Shown: positions 1-13,055, counted from the stretch's first letter. The stretch is DNA of 64,000 nucleotides from Escherichia coli (GCF_044324785.1 NZ_CP172127.1), one strand, 5' to 3'. A program made the numbers and translations. The notes: a model not told the origin generated them from the sequence alone.

Positions 1-221
1 TGCGCCTTTCCGGCATCATCCACTCGCCATACGGGAATACGCTCAATTCCGCGATAAGGACGCAGCAGTGCATATCGCGTTGCCCGTGCTTTACCAAAGC
101 GAATCACCCGATCTTCTCTGGCAACAAGGCGTGAGAACGTCGCCTGACTGATTGCCAGACGCTGGCGCAATTCCGGGGCAGAACGCGGCCCTTGCAGTAA
201 AAGATCGGTCAGTTCGCTCAT
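1..221 (-). CDS. yjjJ: HipA-like family protein YjjJ, N-terminal part (partial, continues beyond window start)
   Basis: Minus-strand ORF starting with ATG at 221..219 and translating MSELTDLLLQGPRSAPELRQRLAISQ... (HTH-like N-terminus); position downstream of deoD matches K-12 synteny as recalled. Confidence 0.55.
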   Translation of the reverse strand, partial: MSELTDLLLQGPRSAPELRQRLAISQATFSRLVAREDRVIRFGKARATRYALLRPYRGIERIPVWRVDDAGKA

Positions 222-323
222 TAATGAATAGATTCGTGAATAGATACTTGAATAGATTTATTAACACATTTCACTGAAAAGTATAGCGAAAATATTCAAG
301 CTGGAGAGAAAAATGAATAAATG

Positions 324-354
324 CTAAAAAGCCGGAGCAGTCTCCCGCTCCGGC
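324..354 (-). terminator. Rho-independent terminator downstream of deoD
   Basis: GC-rich hairpin gccggagc-agtctccc-gctccggc (331..354) followed on the minus strand by a T-run (plus-strand aaaaa 326..330). Confidence 0.7.
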
Positions 355-387
355 TTCACAAGGCAATCGCCTTTCAGCGAAACACAA

Positions 388-1107
388 TTACTCTTTATCA
401 CCCAACAGAACGGATTCCAGTGCGATTTTGATCATGTCGTTGAAGGTGGTCTGACGCTCAGCGGCAGTGGTCTGCTCGTGAGTGCGGATGTGGTCAGATA
501 CGGTGCAGATGGTCAGGGCTTTCGCGCCAAACTCTGCAGCCACGCCGTAGATGCCAGCGGCTTCCATTTCCACGCCGAGGATGCCGTATTTTTCCATCAC
601 GTCGAACATTTCGCCGTCCGGAGAGTAGAACAGGTCAGCGGAGAACAGGTTACCCACGCGAGCATCAACGCCCAGTGCTTTAGCCGCGTCTACCGCGTTA
701 CGCACCATGTCAAAGTCAGCGATAGCGGCAAAGTCATGATCTTTAAAACGGATGCGGTTAACTTTGGAATCGGTGCAGGCACCCATACCGATAACGACGT
801 CGCGCAGTTTTACGTGCGGCAGAACTGCGCCACAGGAACCCACGCGGATAATTTTCTTCACGCCGAAATCGGTGATCAGTTCTTTGGTGTAGATGGAGCA
901 GGACGGGATACCCATACCGTGACCCATTACGGAAATTTTGCGGCCTTTGTAAGTACCGGTGAAGCCCAGCATACCGCGAACGTTGTTCACTTCACGGGCA
1001 TCTTCAAGGAAAGTTTCAGCAATATACTTCGCACGCAGCGGGTCGCCTGGCATCAAAACTACGTCAGCGAAATCGCCCATTTCTGCATTAATGTGTGGGG
1101 TAGCCAT
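388..1107 (-). CDS. deoD: Purine nucleoside phosphorylase DeoD (239 aa)
   Basis: ORF-track protein contains [33 protein letters not shown]...; start chosen at the internal ATG (1107..1105) with AGGA Shine-Dalgarno; the 19-aa N-terminal extension in the track is rejected. Confidence 0.95.
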   Translation of the reverse strand: MATPHINAEMGDFADVVLMPGDPLRAKYIAETFLEDAREVNNVRGMLGFTGTYKGRKISVMGHGMGIPSCSIYTKELITDFGVKKIIRVGSCGAVLPHVKLRDVVIGMGACTDSKVNRIRFKDHDFAAIADFDMVRNAVDAAKALGVDARVGNLFSADLFYSPDGEMFDVMEKYGILGVEMEAAGIYGVAAEFGAKALTICTVSDHIRTHEQTTAAERQTTFNDMIKIALESVLLGDKE

Positions 1108-1163
1108 TGTTTTATCCTTTTTGTGACATAACAAAGGCGGAGTCAACGCTCCGCCCAAATCCA

Positions 1164-2408
<1,245 letters not shown>

Positions 2409-2438
2409 TCAAATTTAAATGATCAGATCAGTATACCG

Positions 2439-3761
2439 TTATTCACTGATACGACGATAGACAGTTGGTGTGCTTTCCGGTGCTTTATCGGCAAGTTTAA
2501 TTGCCGCTTTCACCGCTTTAGCCGCTTCCTGCCAGCTGTTTTCGTCTTTCGCGTGGATAACCGCCAGCGGACGCTGACCGTCTACCTGGTCGCCCAGACG
2601 CGCCATATCAGTAAAGCCGACGCTGTAATCGATGGTGTCAGATGCCTGACGGCGTCCGCCGCCCATTGCAACCACTGCCATCCCCAGCGCACGGGTATCC
2701 ATTTCACTGACAAAACCTTCGGTATCAGCATAGACTGCTTTCGTCAGCATCGCTGTCGGCAGATACTTCGCGTAGTTCTCAACGAAGTCGGTCGGGCCTT
2801 TTTGTGCCGCTACCATACGACCAAAGACTTCTGCCGCTTTACCGTTGTCCAGCACCGCCTGCAATTTCGCGCGCGCTTCGGCGTCATCTTTCGCCAGTTT
2901 GCCGGAGATCAGCATCTCCACGCACAGCGCCATCGTGACATCAAACAGACGCGGGTTACGATACTCACCCGTCAGGAACTGCACCGCTTCACGAACTTCA
3001 ACCGCGTTACCTGCACTGGAGGCCAGTACCTGATTCATATCGGTGAGCAGCGCGGTGGTGCGCACGCCCGCGCCGTTAGCTACGCCAACAATCGCTTCGG
3101 CAAGGGCTTCAGAGAGTTCGTAGTTCGGCATAAATGCACCACTACCCACTTTCACGTCCATCACCAGCGCATCCAGACCTTCCGCCAGTTTCTTCGCCAG
3201 GATCGAGGCAGTGATCAGCGGGATGGAGTCCACGGTTGCGGTAATATCACGGGTCGCGTAGAAACGTTTATCCGCCGGAGCCAGTGAGCTGGTCTGGCCG
3301 ATAATCGCCACGCCGACGTCTTTAATAATTTCGCGGAAACGGTTGTCATCCGGGAAAATGTCGAAGCCAGGGATGGATTCCAGTTTGTCGAGCGTACCGC
3401 CAGTATGACCGAGGCCGCGACCAGAGATCATCGGAATATAGCCGCCGCAGGCTGCGACCATCGGCCCCAACATCAGCGAAGTCACATCGCCGACGCCACC
3501 GGTGGAGTGTTTATCAACAATCGGGCCATTCAGATGCAGGCTTTTCCAGTCGAGAACGGTTCCTGAATCTCGCATCGCCATGGTCAGCGAGACACGCTCA
3601 GGCATTGTCATATCGTGGAAGAAAATGGTCATCGCGAGGGCGGCAATCTGCCCTTCGGAGATAGTGTTGTCGCGAATACCGTTGATAAAGAAACGAATTT
3701 CTTCATCGCTCAGCGCATGACCATCACGTTTTTTACGAATAATTTCTTGTGCGAGAAACAA
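2439..3761 (-). CDS. deoA: Thymidine phosphorylase DeoA (440 aa)
   Basis: [35 protein letters not shown]...; apparent TTG start codon preceded by GGGAGG Shine-Dalgarno. Confidence 0.95.
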
Positions 3762-3798
3762 GGTAACCTCCCGTGGAAAAGAGTATGAGGCGGCTTTT

Positions 3799-3874
3799 GC
3801 CGGATGCGTCTACGCCTTATCCGGCCTACGGGTAGATACGTCTCGTAGGCCTGATAAGCGCAGCGCATCAGGCG
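3799..3874. repeat. REP (repetitive extragenic palindromic) element pair between deoC and deoA
   Basis: gccggatgcg...cgccttatccggcctac and gtaggcctgataagcgcagcgcatcaggcg motifs in inverted orientation, typical REP/BIME sequence. Confidence 0.8.
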
Positions 3875-3887
3875 TAAAGCATCTTAC

Positions 3888-4667
3888 TTAGTAGCTGCTG
3901 GCGCTCTTACCGTCGCCGTGACCCAGCGCTTTCAGCAGGCTTGCCAGCAGGCTGGAAGCACCAAAGCGGTAGTGACGCGCATCAGCCCAGTCAGCACCGA
4001 ACAGTTCATCTGCGATGGCGAGATATTTCTGCGCATCTTCCGCAGTACGCACGCCGCCCGCCGGTTTGAAACCAACGGTTTTTTCTACGCCCATATCACG
4101 GATCACTTCCATCATGATGCGCGCGCTTTCCGGCGTCGCGTTCACAGCCACTTTACCGGTAGAGGTTTTGATGAAGTCCGCACCCGCTTTGATGGAGATT
4201 TCAGACGCTTTACGGATCAGCGCTTCGTCTTTCAGTTCGCCGGTTTCGATGATCACTTTCAGCAGTACATTCGCTGCCGCGCAAGCCTCTTTACAGGCTT
4301 TCACAAGGTCAAAACCAACCTGCTCGTTACCCGCCATCAGCGCGCGGTACGGGAACACAACGTCAACTTCATCAGCACCGTAGGCGATTGCCGCACGGGT
4401 TTCTGCCAGCGCGATTTCGATGTCGTCGTTACCGTGTGGGAAGTTGGTTACCGTAGCAATACGGATTTCCGGGGTGCCCTGCTCTTTCAGCGTTTTGCGA
4501 GCAATTGGGATAAAGCGAGGATAGATACAGATAGCGGCGGTATTGCCGACCGGGGTTTTGGCCTGATGACACAGAGCAATTACTTTCTCGTCGGTGTCGT
4601 CGTCATTCAGGGTGGTCAGGTCCATCAATTTCAGTGCACGCAGGCTGCTTGCTTTCAGATCAGTCAT
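3888..4667 (-). CDS. deoC: Deoxyribose-phosphate aldolase DeoC (259 aa)
   Basis: Protein [52 protein letters not shown]...; start at internal ATG 4667..4665 with AGGAG Shine-Dalgarno. Confidence 0.95.
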
Positions 4668-4711
4668 TTCATTCTCCTGGCTTGTCGCCAATAAAATTCA
4701 CCTTGCGAGTT

Positions 4712-4727
4712 TGTTAGTATTCTAACA
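4712..4727. promoter_or_regulatory. DeoR operator (O2-type) at the proximal deo promoter
   Basis: 16-bp palindrome TGTTAGTATTCTAACA (15/16 match to the DeoR operator consensus TGTTAGAATTCTAACA as I recall it), 45 bp upstream of the deoC start codon. Confidence 0.75.
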
Positions 4728-4740
4728 TCTACTCCGCAAC

Positions 4741-4760
4741 ACACTTCGATATACATCACA
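4741..4760. promoter_or_regulatory. Probable CRP/CytR binding site of deoP2
   Basis: Minus-strand sequence TGTGATGTATATCGAAGTGT contains a CRP-like TGTGA half-site just upstream of the O2 operator; the deo P2 promoter is known to be CRP/CytR controlled. Confidence 0.5.
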
Positions 4761-4924
4761 ATTAAGGAAATCTACTTACAAGTTTGCATCACTGTAATGC
4801 GATCTGGTTCAAATAATTCACTTTCAAATGAATGCGTCAGTGGTGGCAAACGCATCAGGATCAAAGTGAACATCACGAAACTTCTTACAATGGCGCATCA
4901 CCTTCGGCATAAAAGGAAAAGAAG

Positions 4925-6475
4925 ATGCCCACTTCTCATGAAAATGCACTGCAACAACGTTGCCAGCAAATTGTCACCAGCCCAGTGCTTAGCCCGGAGC
5001 AGAAGCGCCATTTTCTGGCACTGGAAGCAGAAAACAATCTGCCTTACCCACAGCTTCCTGCCGAAGCCCGCCGCGCGCTGGATGAAGGTGTAATCTGCGA
5101 TATGTTTGAAGGTCATGCGCCGTACAAACCGCGCTATGTCTTACCCGATTACGCCCGTTTTCTGGCGAACGGTTCCGAATGGCTGGAGCTGGAAGGCGCG
5201 AAAGATCTTGATGACGCCCTCTCTCTGCTGACCATTCTTTACCACCACGTACCGTCGGTCACATCGATGCCGGTCTACCTGGGGCAACTGGATGCGTTGT
5301 TGCAACCGTATGTTAGAATTCTAACACAAGACGAGATCGATGTTCGAATAAAACGTTTCTGGCGTTACCTCGACAGAACCCTGCCAGACGCCTTTATGCA
5401 CGCCAATATCGGCCCGTCTGATTCGCCCATTACCCGCGCGATCTTACGTGCAGACGCAGAGTTGAAGCAGGTTTCACCGAACCTGACCTTTATCTACGAT
5501 CCTGAAATCACCCCTGATGACCTGCTGCTGGAAGTGGCGAAGAACATCTGTGAATGTAGCAAACCGCACATCGCCAACGGTCCGGTGCATGATAAAATTT
5601 TCACAAAAGGGGGCTACGGGATTGTGAGCTGTTACAACTCACTGCCGCTGGCGGGTGGTGGCAGCACGCTGGTACGCCTTAACCTGAAAGCCATTGCCGA
5701 GCGCAGCGAATCGCTGGATGACTTCTTTACGCGCACTCTACCGCACTACTGCCAGCAGCAGATCGCCATCATCGATGCGCGGTGTGAATTCCTCTATCAA
5801 CAATCACACTTCTTTGAGAATAGCTTCCTGGTGAAAGAAGGGCTGATTAACCCTGAACGTTTTGTGCCAATGTTTGGCATGTATGGGCTGGCGGAAGCGG
5901 TTAACTTGCTGTGTGAGAAAGAAGGGATTGCCGCGCGCTACGGTAAAGAAGCCGCCGCAAATGAAGTGGGTTATCGCATCAGCGCGCAACTGGCGGAGTT
6001 TGTCGCCAATACCCCCGTGAAATATGGCTGGCAAAAACGCGCCATGTTACACGCACAGTCGGGGATCAGTTCCGATATCGGCACCACGCCGGGCGCGCGT
6101 TTGCCGTATGGCGATGAGCCAGATCCGATCACCCATCTGCAAACTGTCGCCCCGCATCATGCTTATTATTATTCCGGCATCAGCGACATTCTGACGCTCG
6201 ACGAAACCATCAAACGTAACCCGCAGGCACTGGTACAGCTTTGCCTCGGTGCCTTTAAAGCCGGAATGCGTGAATTTACCGCCAATGTCAGCGGTAACGA
6301 TCTGGTTCGCGTTACCGGTTATATGGTGCGTTTGTCGGATTTAGAAAAATATCGCGCCGAAGGTTCACGCACCAACACCACCTGGCTGGGCGAAGAAGCC
6401 GCACGCAACACTCGTATTCTGGAACGCCAGCCGCGCGTGATAAGCCATGAACAGCAGATGCGCTTTAGTCAGTAA
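4925..6475 (+). CDS. yjjI: DUF3029 glycyl-radical-enzyme-like protein YjjI (516 aa)
   Basis: [33 protein letters not shown]...; divergent from deoC, followed by the radical-SAM activase yjjW. Confidence 0.85.
   Translation: MPTSHENALQQRCQQIVTSPVLSPEQKRHFLALEAENNLPYPQLPAEARRALDEGVICDMFEGHAPYKPRYVLPDYARFLANGSEWLELEGAKDLDDALSLLTILYHHVPSVTSMPVYLGQLDALLQPYVRILTQDEIDVRIKRFWRYLDRTLPDAFMHANIGPSDSPITRAILRADAELKQVSPNLTFIYDPEITPDDLLLEVAKNICECSKPHIANGPVHDKIFTKGGYGIVSCYNSLPLAGGGSTLVRLNLKAIAERSESLDDFFTRTLPHYCQQQIAIIDARCEFLYQQSHFFENSFLVKEGLINPERFVPMFGMYGLAEAVNLLCEKEGIAARYGKEAAANEVGYRISAQLAEFVANTPVKYGWQKRAMLHAQSGISSDIGTTPGARLPYGDEPDPITHLQTVAPHHAYYYSGISDILTLDETIKRNPQALVQLCLGAFKAGMREFTANVSGNDLVRVTGYMVRLSDLEKYRAEGSRTNTTWLGEEAARNTRILERQPRVISHEQQMRFSQ
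5311..5326. promoter_or_regulatory. DeoR operator (O1-type) at the distal deo promoter
   Basis: Perfect 16-bp palindrome TGTTAGAATTCTAACA; centre-to-centre distance to the 4712..4727 site is 599 bp, matching the reported P1-P2 spacing. It lies inside the annotated yjjI reading frame. Confidence 0.75.
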
Positions 6476-7310
6476 GATTATCCCCTTCTCCTGCGTTGAC
6501 GGGCCAGGCAGTCGTCTGGCTCTGTTTTTGCAGGGCTGCAATCTGCGCTGCAAAAACTGTCACAATCCGTGGACGATGGGACGTTGCAATGACTGTGGGG
6601 AGTGCGTGCCACAGTGTCCGCATCAGGCGTTGCAGATTGTTGACGGCAAAGTGGTGTGGAACGCTGTGGTCTGCGAGCAATGTGATACCTGCCTGAAGAG
6701 GTGTCCGCAACATGCCACGCCAATGGCGCAATCCATGAGCGTGGATGAGGTGCTTAGCCATATCCGCAAAGCGGTGCTGTTTATTGAAGGGATAACGGTA
6801 AGCGGCGGCGAAGCCACGACCCAACTGCCGTTTGTAGTGGCGCTGTTTACTGCTATCAAAAACGATCCGCAACTGCGCCACCTCACCTGCCTGGTAGACA
6901 GTAACGGTATGTTGAGCGAAACCGGCTGGGAAAAATTGCTCCCGGTGTGCGACGGCGCAATGCTCGATCTCAAAGCGTGGGGGAGCGAATGTCATCAACA
7001 ACTCACCGGACGCGATAATCAGCAGATTAAGCGCAGCATCTGTTTGCTGGCAGAGCGCGGCAAGCTGGCGGAACTGCGTTTGCTGGTAATCCCTGGCCAG
7101 GTGGATTATTTGCAACACATCGAAGAACTGGCGGTGTTTATCAAGGGACTTGGCGATGTTCCGGTACGCCTGAACGCGTTTCATGCCCACGGCGTGTATG
7201 GCGAGGCGCAAAGCTGGGCGAGCGCCACGCCGGAAGACGTTGAGCCGTTGGCTGATGCGTTAAAGGTGCGCGGGGTGAGCCGCTTAATATTCCCGGCGCT
7301 GTATTTGTGA
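6447..7310 (+). CDS. yjjW: Glycyl-radical enzyme activating (radical SAM) protein YjjW (287 aa)
   Basis: ORF with CxxxCxxC and additional Cys-rich ferredoxin-like motifs (...[13 protein letters not shown]...[12 protein letters not shown]...); overlaps yjjI end by 29 nt. Confidence 0.85.
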   Translation: MNSRCALVSKIIPFSCVDGPGSRLALFLQGCNLRCKNCHNPWTMGRCNDCGECVPQCPHQALQIVDGKVVWNAVVCEQCDTCLKRCPQHATPMAQSMSVDEVLSHIRKAVLFIEGITVSGGEATTQLPFVVALFTAIKNDPQLRHLTCLVDSNGMLSETGWEKLLPVCDGAMLDLKAWGSECHQQLTGRDNQQIKRSICLLAERGKLAELRLLVIPGQVDYLQHIEELAVFIKGLGDVPVRLNAFHAHGVYGEAQSWASATPEDVEPLADALKVRGVSRLIFPALYL

Positions 7311-7312
7311 CA

Positions 7313-7432
7313 TGCCGGATGCGGCCTACAGTTCGGCACAGACTTGTAGGCATGATAAGACGCGTCAAGCGTCGCATCAGGCATTGTGCGCCAACTGCCG
7401 GATGCGGCGTGAACGCCTTATCCGGCCTACGG
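7313..7432. repeat. REP/BIME cluster between yjjW and yjjV
   Basis: Several gccggatgcggc...cgccttatccggcctac REP units in alternating orientation. Confidence 0.8.
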
Positions 7433-8206
7433 CACGTTAAACAACGTATACGTGTTATTAAGCAACACTTCGGCAATTTCATCTGCGGGTTCCAGGCGTA
7501 ACTCACAAAGCACAGCAAACACCCGCGCGGCCTGTTCCGGGCGGTTAGGCTGCCCCTGAAAACCGTTGAGCGGCATATCCGGCGCGTCGGTTTCCAGCAA
7601 CAACGATGCCAGCGGTAATTTTGCGATGACATCGCGGGTTTTACTGGCGCGTGGATAGGTGATAGTACCGCCTACGCCGATTTTGTAGCCCAGCTGTACA
7701 AACCGCTCGGCCTGTTGGAGGCTGCCGGAAAAACCGTGAACCACGCCAGTGCGCGATAAATCGTGGCGTTTAAGATGCATCGCCAGTTTGTCGTGCGTGC
7801 GTCGTGAATGCAGGATCACCGGCAGATCGTAGCGTTTCGCCAGTTTCAGTTGTTCGTCGAGTAACCACTGCTGCCTCTCAAATTGCGGATCGTCGCCGAA
7901 GAGATCCAGACCGATCTCCCCCACCGCCACCACCTTCGCCGGACGCCTTTCCAGCGCCTGCTGTAGCTGATCAAGAGACACATCGCTATGTTTTTCCAAC
8001 ATACCAGGATGCAAGCCCAATGCGGCATACAGCGGTTGATATTTTTCCGCTAATGCCAACACACGGGCAAAATTTGCCGCCTCGGTTGCCGGAACAATGA
8101 TCTTGCCTACGCCCGCTTGTGCCGCGCGTTGCAGGCTGGCCTCTTCATCACCACTAAAAGGCGGGAAATCAAAATGGCAGTGGGTGTCGATAAAACGGCA
8201 AATCAA
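7427..8206 (-). CDS. yjjV: TatD-family metal-dependent DNase/hydrolase YjjV (259 aa)
   Basis: ORF MICRFIDTHCHFDFPPF... with the HxH start typical of the TatD family. Confidence 0.85.
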   Translation of the reverse strand: MICRFIDTHCHFDFPPFSGDEEASLQRAAQAGVGKIIVPATEAANFARVLALAEKYQPLYAALGLHPGMLEKHSDVSLDQLQQALERRPAKVVAVGEIGLDLFGDDPQFERQQWLLDEQLKLAKRYDLPVILHSRRTHDKLAMHLKRHDLSRTGVVHGFSGSLQQAERFVQLGYKIGVGGTITYPRASKTRDVIAKLPLASLLLETDAPDMPLNGFQGQPNRPEQAARVFAVLCELRLEPADEIAEVLLNNTYTLFNVP

Positions 8207-9276
8207 GCCAGATCCTCATTGTTAAATGTCGGGTCGTTCGCCTGCGGAGCGTCGATCACTTCGGCAACCAGCGTATCGTTGGCGACTGGCGCAGGCGGAA
8301 TAACGATCGACTCCGGCGTCACCACCGGCACCAGATGGCGGGTAAGCGGCGCTTTTTCAGTTAATAGCTTGCCAACCGTGGCGAGGAAATATCGCCCGCA
8401 TAAACGCCCAAGTTTATAGTCTTCACGCAGCGCCGGAATCCGACTGCCAAGCGCGATACTATGTAATGGCTTCGGTGGATAAATTTCGAATATTCGCAGC
8501 TTGCCCGGTGGTTTCTCAATAAATTGCTGGATGTCACGATAGCTGGTTTCATGATGCTGCACCAGATTGACCAGCGGCTGCAGGCTACTGTCACCCAGCC
8601 AGCGTTCCATGCGTTTGAACCACTGCGGCGTGTAGTACATTTGCGACGGCACGGTGCGAATGACGACCAACGTTTTTGCCCCTTGCCTTGCCGCCTCTTT
8701 AACCGGAATCGCATCACTGATCCCACCATCCAGGTAGTTAATGCCTTCCAGCGACACTCCGCTACGATAAAAGCCAGGTATCGCACTGGAGGCGCGAATC
8801 ACATCCAGCCAGTTTTGTTTGGTTGGTAAAAAGTAATTCGGCGCGTAGTCATCCTGACGACAGGCGCACATATAAAACGATTTGCCGCTGTCAAACAACC
8901 GCGCGGCGGTGTCCATTTGCAACGGCATCTGGCTTGCGGTGGCCTCCACCAGCCAGTCGAGATCGATAAGATTTCCTCCACGGACAAAGCGCAATGGATC
9001 GAAAAATTCGCGTTTTGTGGTATAGCGCATGATGACTTTGCGCGCGTAACCGGGCTGATTACAGATATACGCCGAGAGGTTCTGCGCCCCGGCAGATGTG
9101 CCGAGATAAAGATCGAAAGGATTAAACTGCGCGCGCATAAACTCATCCAGCACGCCTGCCGTGAAAATTCCACGCTGCCCGCCGCCTTCGCACACCAGAG
9201 CTATTCGTCCAGGCTGGAACGGCCTTAGCGACAACGGCGCAATATTACCAAGCGTTACAGGTATTCGCTGCCCCAC
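8203..9276 (-). CDS. yjjU: Patatin-like phospholipase YjjU
   Basis: ORF contains GGGQRGIFTAGVLDEF and GTSAGA (patatin G-x-S-x-G). ORF-track start 9312 is a TTG; I place the start about 12 codons downstream (uncertain). Confidence 0.75.
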   Translation of the reverse strand: MGQRIPVTLGNIAPLSLRPFQPGRIALVCEGGGQRGIFTAGVLDEFMRAQFNPFDLYLGTSAGAQNLSAYICNQPGYARKVIMRYTTKREFFDPLRFVRGGNLIDLDWLVEATASQMPLQMDTAARLFDSGKSFYMCACRQDDYAPNYFLPTKQNWLDVIRASSAIPGFYRSGVSLEGINYLDGGISDAIPVKEAARQGAKTLVVIRTVPSQMYYTPQWFKRMERWLGDSSLQPLVNLVQHHETSYRDIQQFIEKPPGKLRIFEIYPPKPLHSIALGSRIPALREDYKLGRLCGRYFLATVGKLLTEKAPLTRHLVPVVTPESIVIPPAPVANDTLVAEVIDAPQANDPTFNNEDLA

Positions 9277-9344
9277 CTCTGCCTTCCTGTTTTTGTTGTG
9301 AAAGAATGACAAAGTAACGCAATTTATTATTCGCTAAAACCGCA

Positions 9345-9369
9345 AAAGCCAGTCCGCTGGACTGGCTTT
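9345..9369 (-). terminator. Rho-independent terminator downstream of ytjA
   Basis: 11-bp stem aaagccagtcc / ggactggcttt with 3-nt loop, U-rich flank on the minus strand. Confidence 0.6.
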
Positions 9370-9397
9370 GGATAAAATTTTCTTAATGGTCTGAAAT

Positions 9398-9559
9398 CTA
9401 GGGTCGTTTTCGGCCCATGAACAAACTCACCAGGAACAGAATAATCCCGACGACAAAGACAATTTTAGCTGCGCCCGCAGCGGTACCGGCCAGACCACCA
9501 AACCCAAGTGCGGCGGCGATTAACGCGATAACCAGAAATATGATGCCCCAACGAAACAT
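9398..9559 (-). CDS. ytjA: DUF1328 small membrane protein YtjA (53 aa)
   Basis: Protein [53 protein letters not shown]; internal start chosen over the 63-aa track ORF. Confidence 0.8.
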
Positions 9560-9685
9560 AAGCGTCTCCTTTACCATAGTTAATGTCACCGCTTGATATG
9601 AGCGTGAAAATCACTCAATGCGATATTTTTAGTGTGGTGCACATCGCGCCTCCCGACAAAGTTCGGGAGGACGAATTACGACGAA

Positions 9686-10291
9686 TTACTTAGTTTTCAG
9701 ATCATTTTTAACGCTTTTCACACCATCTACCGCTTTGGCGATACTTTCAGCACGGTCACTTTGTGCCTGAGAATCTACGGTACCGGAGAGCTGAACCACG
9801 CCATCGGTGGTTTCAACTTTCACATGACGGGAAGGGACGATATCGTCCGCCAGCAGTTTGGCTTTGATTTCACTGGTGGTGGCGGTGTCACCCGCGTAGC
9901 CCTTCACAGAGCCTTCTTTAGCGTCGCGAACGTGCAGTTTGTCGCTGACAGAGGTCACGCCTTCAACGCCTTTGGCCACTTTCACTGCCTCTTCGGCCTG
10001 GGCCTGGCTTTCAACGAAACCGCTCAGGGTCACGACTTTTTGATCGGTTTTGACAGAGATATCGGTGCTCTTGATGTTGTCATGATCCACCAGGGCCGCC
10101 TTCACTTTCGCTGTGATGGCGCTGTCATCCATGAAATTACCGACTTTATTCATAGAGCTATCGACTTTTTGCCCTGCGCTTTCATTGGTAGTCTGTGCGT
10201 TGTTTTCCGCGTAGGCAGAGCCGGTCGCGACGGCAGAGGTCAACATTACAGCCAGCAGAGTTTTCGAAATCTTCAGTCTTGTCATAGTCAT
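9686..10291 (-). CDS. osmY: Osmotically inducible periplasmic protein OsmY (201 aa, two BON domains)
   Basis: Protein [50 protein letters not shown]... with signal peptide; internal start chosen. Confidence 0.95.
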
Positions 10292-10647
10292 CGATTTATT
10301 CCTGTATGTTTGCTCGTAATTTGAGCCTGGCAACACGAGGTTGCATTGCTGAATAGGGAGAGACTTCACCCTCTACAGAAGTCAATGGTCGCCATCACAA
10401 AAGCGATGGGTGATGAATAACGACCATTACAGCCTCTGAATCAGTTATTAATATCGGTAGAATGACAATCGACGGCTTTAGATACTGATATCTACGCATT
10501 GAACGGTATTTAACGCCGTCAGAAATGTCATTACTTTGTTAAATATAGATCACAATTTTGAAACCGCTCGGGATATCAGCTAAAACATAAGCAAAAGTGA
10601 ATGTTTTAAGAACATTCCGTAAGCGGCTAATAAGGAAGGGAAATTGA

Positions 10648-10673
10648 CAGGGCGCAGCGGCTACCGCGCCCTG
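10648..10673 (-). terminator. Probable terminator downstream of prfC
   Basis: Hairpin cagggcgc-(loop)-gcgccctg immediately after the prfC stop codon. Confidence 0.5.
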
Positions 10674-10683
10674 GAGGCAAGAA

Positions 10684-12273
10684 TTAATGCTCGCGGGTCT
10701 GGTGGAACTGAACGTCCGGATAACGTTCCTGCGCCAGGCGCAGATTGACCATGCTGGTAGCGATGTAAGCGAGGTTATCGCCGCCATCAAGCGCCAGTTG
10801 GCTTTCGTTCTTACGCTTGAACTCTTCGAATTTCTTCGCGTCCGCACATTCTACCCAGCGTGCAGTGGCAACGTTGACTGACTCATACACTGCTTCAACG
10901 TTGTATTCGCTCTTCAGGCGCGCTACCACCACATCAAACTGCAGCACACCAACCGCACCAACGATCAGGTCGTTGTTGGAGATCGGACGGAACACCTGCA
11001 CTGCGCCCTCTTCGGAAAGCTGTACCAGCCCTTTGAGCAGCTGTTTTTGCTTCAGTGGATCTTTCAGGCGGATACGACGGAACAGTTCTGGCGCGAAGTT
11101 CGGAATACCGGTGAACTTCATCATCTCACCCTGGGTAAAGGTGTCGCCGATCTGAATGGTGCCGTGGTTGTGCAGACCAAGGATATCGCCAGGATATGCT
11201 TCTTCAACGTGCGAACGGTCACCCGCCATAAAGGTCAGCGCGTCGGAGATCACCACATCTTTCGCAGTACGCACCTGGCGCAGCTTCATGCCTTTTTCAT
11301 ATTTACCGGACACCACACGCATAAACGCCACGCGGTCGCGGTGTTTCGGGTCCATGTTGGCCTGAATTTTAAATACGAAGCCGGTAAATTTGTCTTCGCT
11401 CGCTTCTACGGTACGGGTATCAGTCTGACGCGGCATCGGCGCAGGTGCCCACTCCACCAGGCCATCCAGCATATGATCGACACCGAAGTTACCCAGCGCA
11501 GTACCGAAGAATACCGGAGTGATTTCGCCCGCAAGGAACAATTCTTTGTCGAACTCGTTAGACGCGCCTTTCACCAGTTCCAGTTCATCACGCAGCTGCT
11601 GTGCCAGATCTTCACCAACCGCAGCATCGAGATCCGGGTTATTCAGCCCTTTAACAATGCGGACTTCCTGAATGGTGTGGCCTTTACCGCTCTGATAGAG
11701 ATAGGTTTCGTCTTTATAAAGGTGGTAAACGCCTTTAAACAGCTTGCCGCAGCCAATCGGCCAGGTGATCGGCGCACAGCCGATTTTCAGCTCGTTCTCA
11801 ACTTCATCGAGCAGCTCCATCGGGTCGCGGATATCACGGTCAAGTTTGTTCATAAAGGTGAGGATCGGCGTGTCGCGCAGACGGGTAACTTCCATCAGCT
11901 TACGGGTACGATCTTCAACACCTTTTGCAGCGTCGATAACCATCAGGCAGCAGTCCACCGCCGTCAGAGTACGATAGGTATCTTCCGAGAAGTCTTCGTG
12001 CCCCGGGGTGTCGAGCAGGTTAACCAGGCAGTCGTGATACGGAAACTGCATCACAGACGTGGTAATGGAGATCCCACGCTGCTTTTCCATCTCCATCCAG
12101 TCCGACTTAGCGTGCTGGTTAGAGCCACGGCCTTTTACTGTACCGGCGGTCTGAATGGCCTGTCCGAACAGCAGCACCTTCTCGGTGATGGTTGTTTTAC
12201 CGGCGTCCGGGTGAGAAATAATGGCAAAAGTGCGGCGCTTCGCCACCTCTTGCAAATAAGGAGACAACGTCAT
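10684..12273 (-). CDS. prfC: Peptide chain release factor 3 (RF3, 529 aa)
   Basis: Protein [41 protein letters not shown]... (GTPase P-loop AHPDAGKT); internal start chosen. Confidence 0.95.
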
Positions 12274-12363
12274 AATTCTTTCTTCTTGAGTAAGCGGCAT
12301 CGCGCCGCGCTTGTTGAAAACGAAAAATTGCGGCTATTTTACCCATCAACGGGGGGGAGGCAA

Positions 12364-13041
12364 TCAGTGTTTACACAGGAGCTGCTCCAGTTCGTGCAAC
12401 GAAGAAACGGTCCAGGTGGGCGCGATGCCTTCTGGTTGCTCGCGATTGTGCGTATTCAGCCAGCAGGTCGCAAGCCCGGCGTTGATGCCACCGAGAATAT
12501 CGGACTCGGCAGTGTCGCCAACCATCAGCACGCGTGAACGGTCAGGATTGCCCGCCTGTTCCAGCGCATAATCGAAAATTTTCTTATTCGGTTTGGCAAC
12601 GCCAACTTCTTCGGAAATCACCAGCAAATCGAAGTAATCACGCAGGCCCGTGCGTTCCAGACGCACTTGCTGCAAGGCGCTAAAGCCGTTGGTGATGATG
12701 CCAATTTTAGCATTGCCACGAATGGCGTTAAGCAGAGAAACCGCGCCCGGCAGCGGCGTACAGATTTCCGCCATCGCATTAATAAAGGCTTCGTTGAGTT
12801 TACCCGGCTCGACGTTCAGCCGTTCGGCCCAGCTCTCAAACCGCCCGTGCTGAAGCTGTAATGAAGTGATCGCGCCGTTTTGATAATCCACCCACAGTGG
12901 CTTGTTAACGGCCTGATAGTCCTGAAAATCTTCAGCGGTAAAGGTGACGCTGTAATCAAGAAACATCCGCTGCAGGCCGGTGAATGAGTCAAAGGTAAAC
13001 AGCGTTTCATCGGCATCAAAGAAAATCCAGTCCCACTTCAT
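12364..13041 (-). CDS. yjjG: HAD-family pyrimidine 5'-nucleotidase YjjG (225 aa)
   Basis: [23 protein letters not shown]... (HAD DxDxT motif). Confidence 0.9.
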   Translation of the reverse strand: MKWDWIFFDADETLFTFDSFTGLQRMFLDYSVTFTAEDFQDYQAVNKPLWVDYQNGAITSLQLQHGRFESWAERLNVEPGKLNEAFINAMAEICTPLPGAVSLLNAIRGNAKIGIITNGFSALQQVRLERTGLRDYFDLLVISEEVGVAKPNKKIFDYALEQAGNPDRSRVLMVGDTAESDILGGINAGLATCWLNTHNREQPEGIAPTWTVSSLHELEQLLCKH

Positions 13042-13055
13042 TATTCCACCTTGTC

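Noticed and set aside
5581-5644. A third DeoR operator (OE) expected roughly 278 bp upstream of O1.
   Set aside because: Only a poor half-site-like match (tgttacaactcactg around 5629) is present; not convincing without a weight-matrix scan.
9686-12300. N-terminal extensions in the ORF track for osmY, prfC and likewise deoD, deoC, ytjA, yjjP, yjjB, dnaT, btsT, yjiA, yjiN, yjiM and yjjZ.
   Set aside because: The known protein N-termini begin at internal start codons that have proper Shine-Dalgarno spacing; the upstream extensions come from taking the first in-frame start codon.
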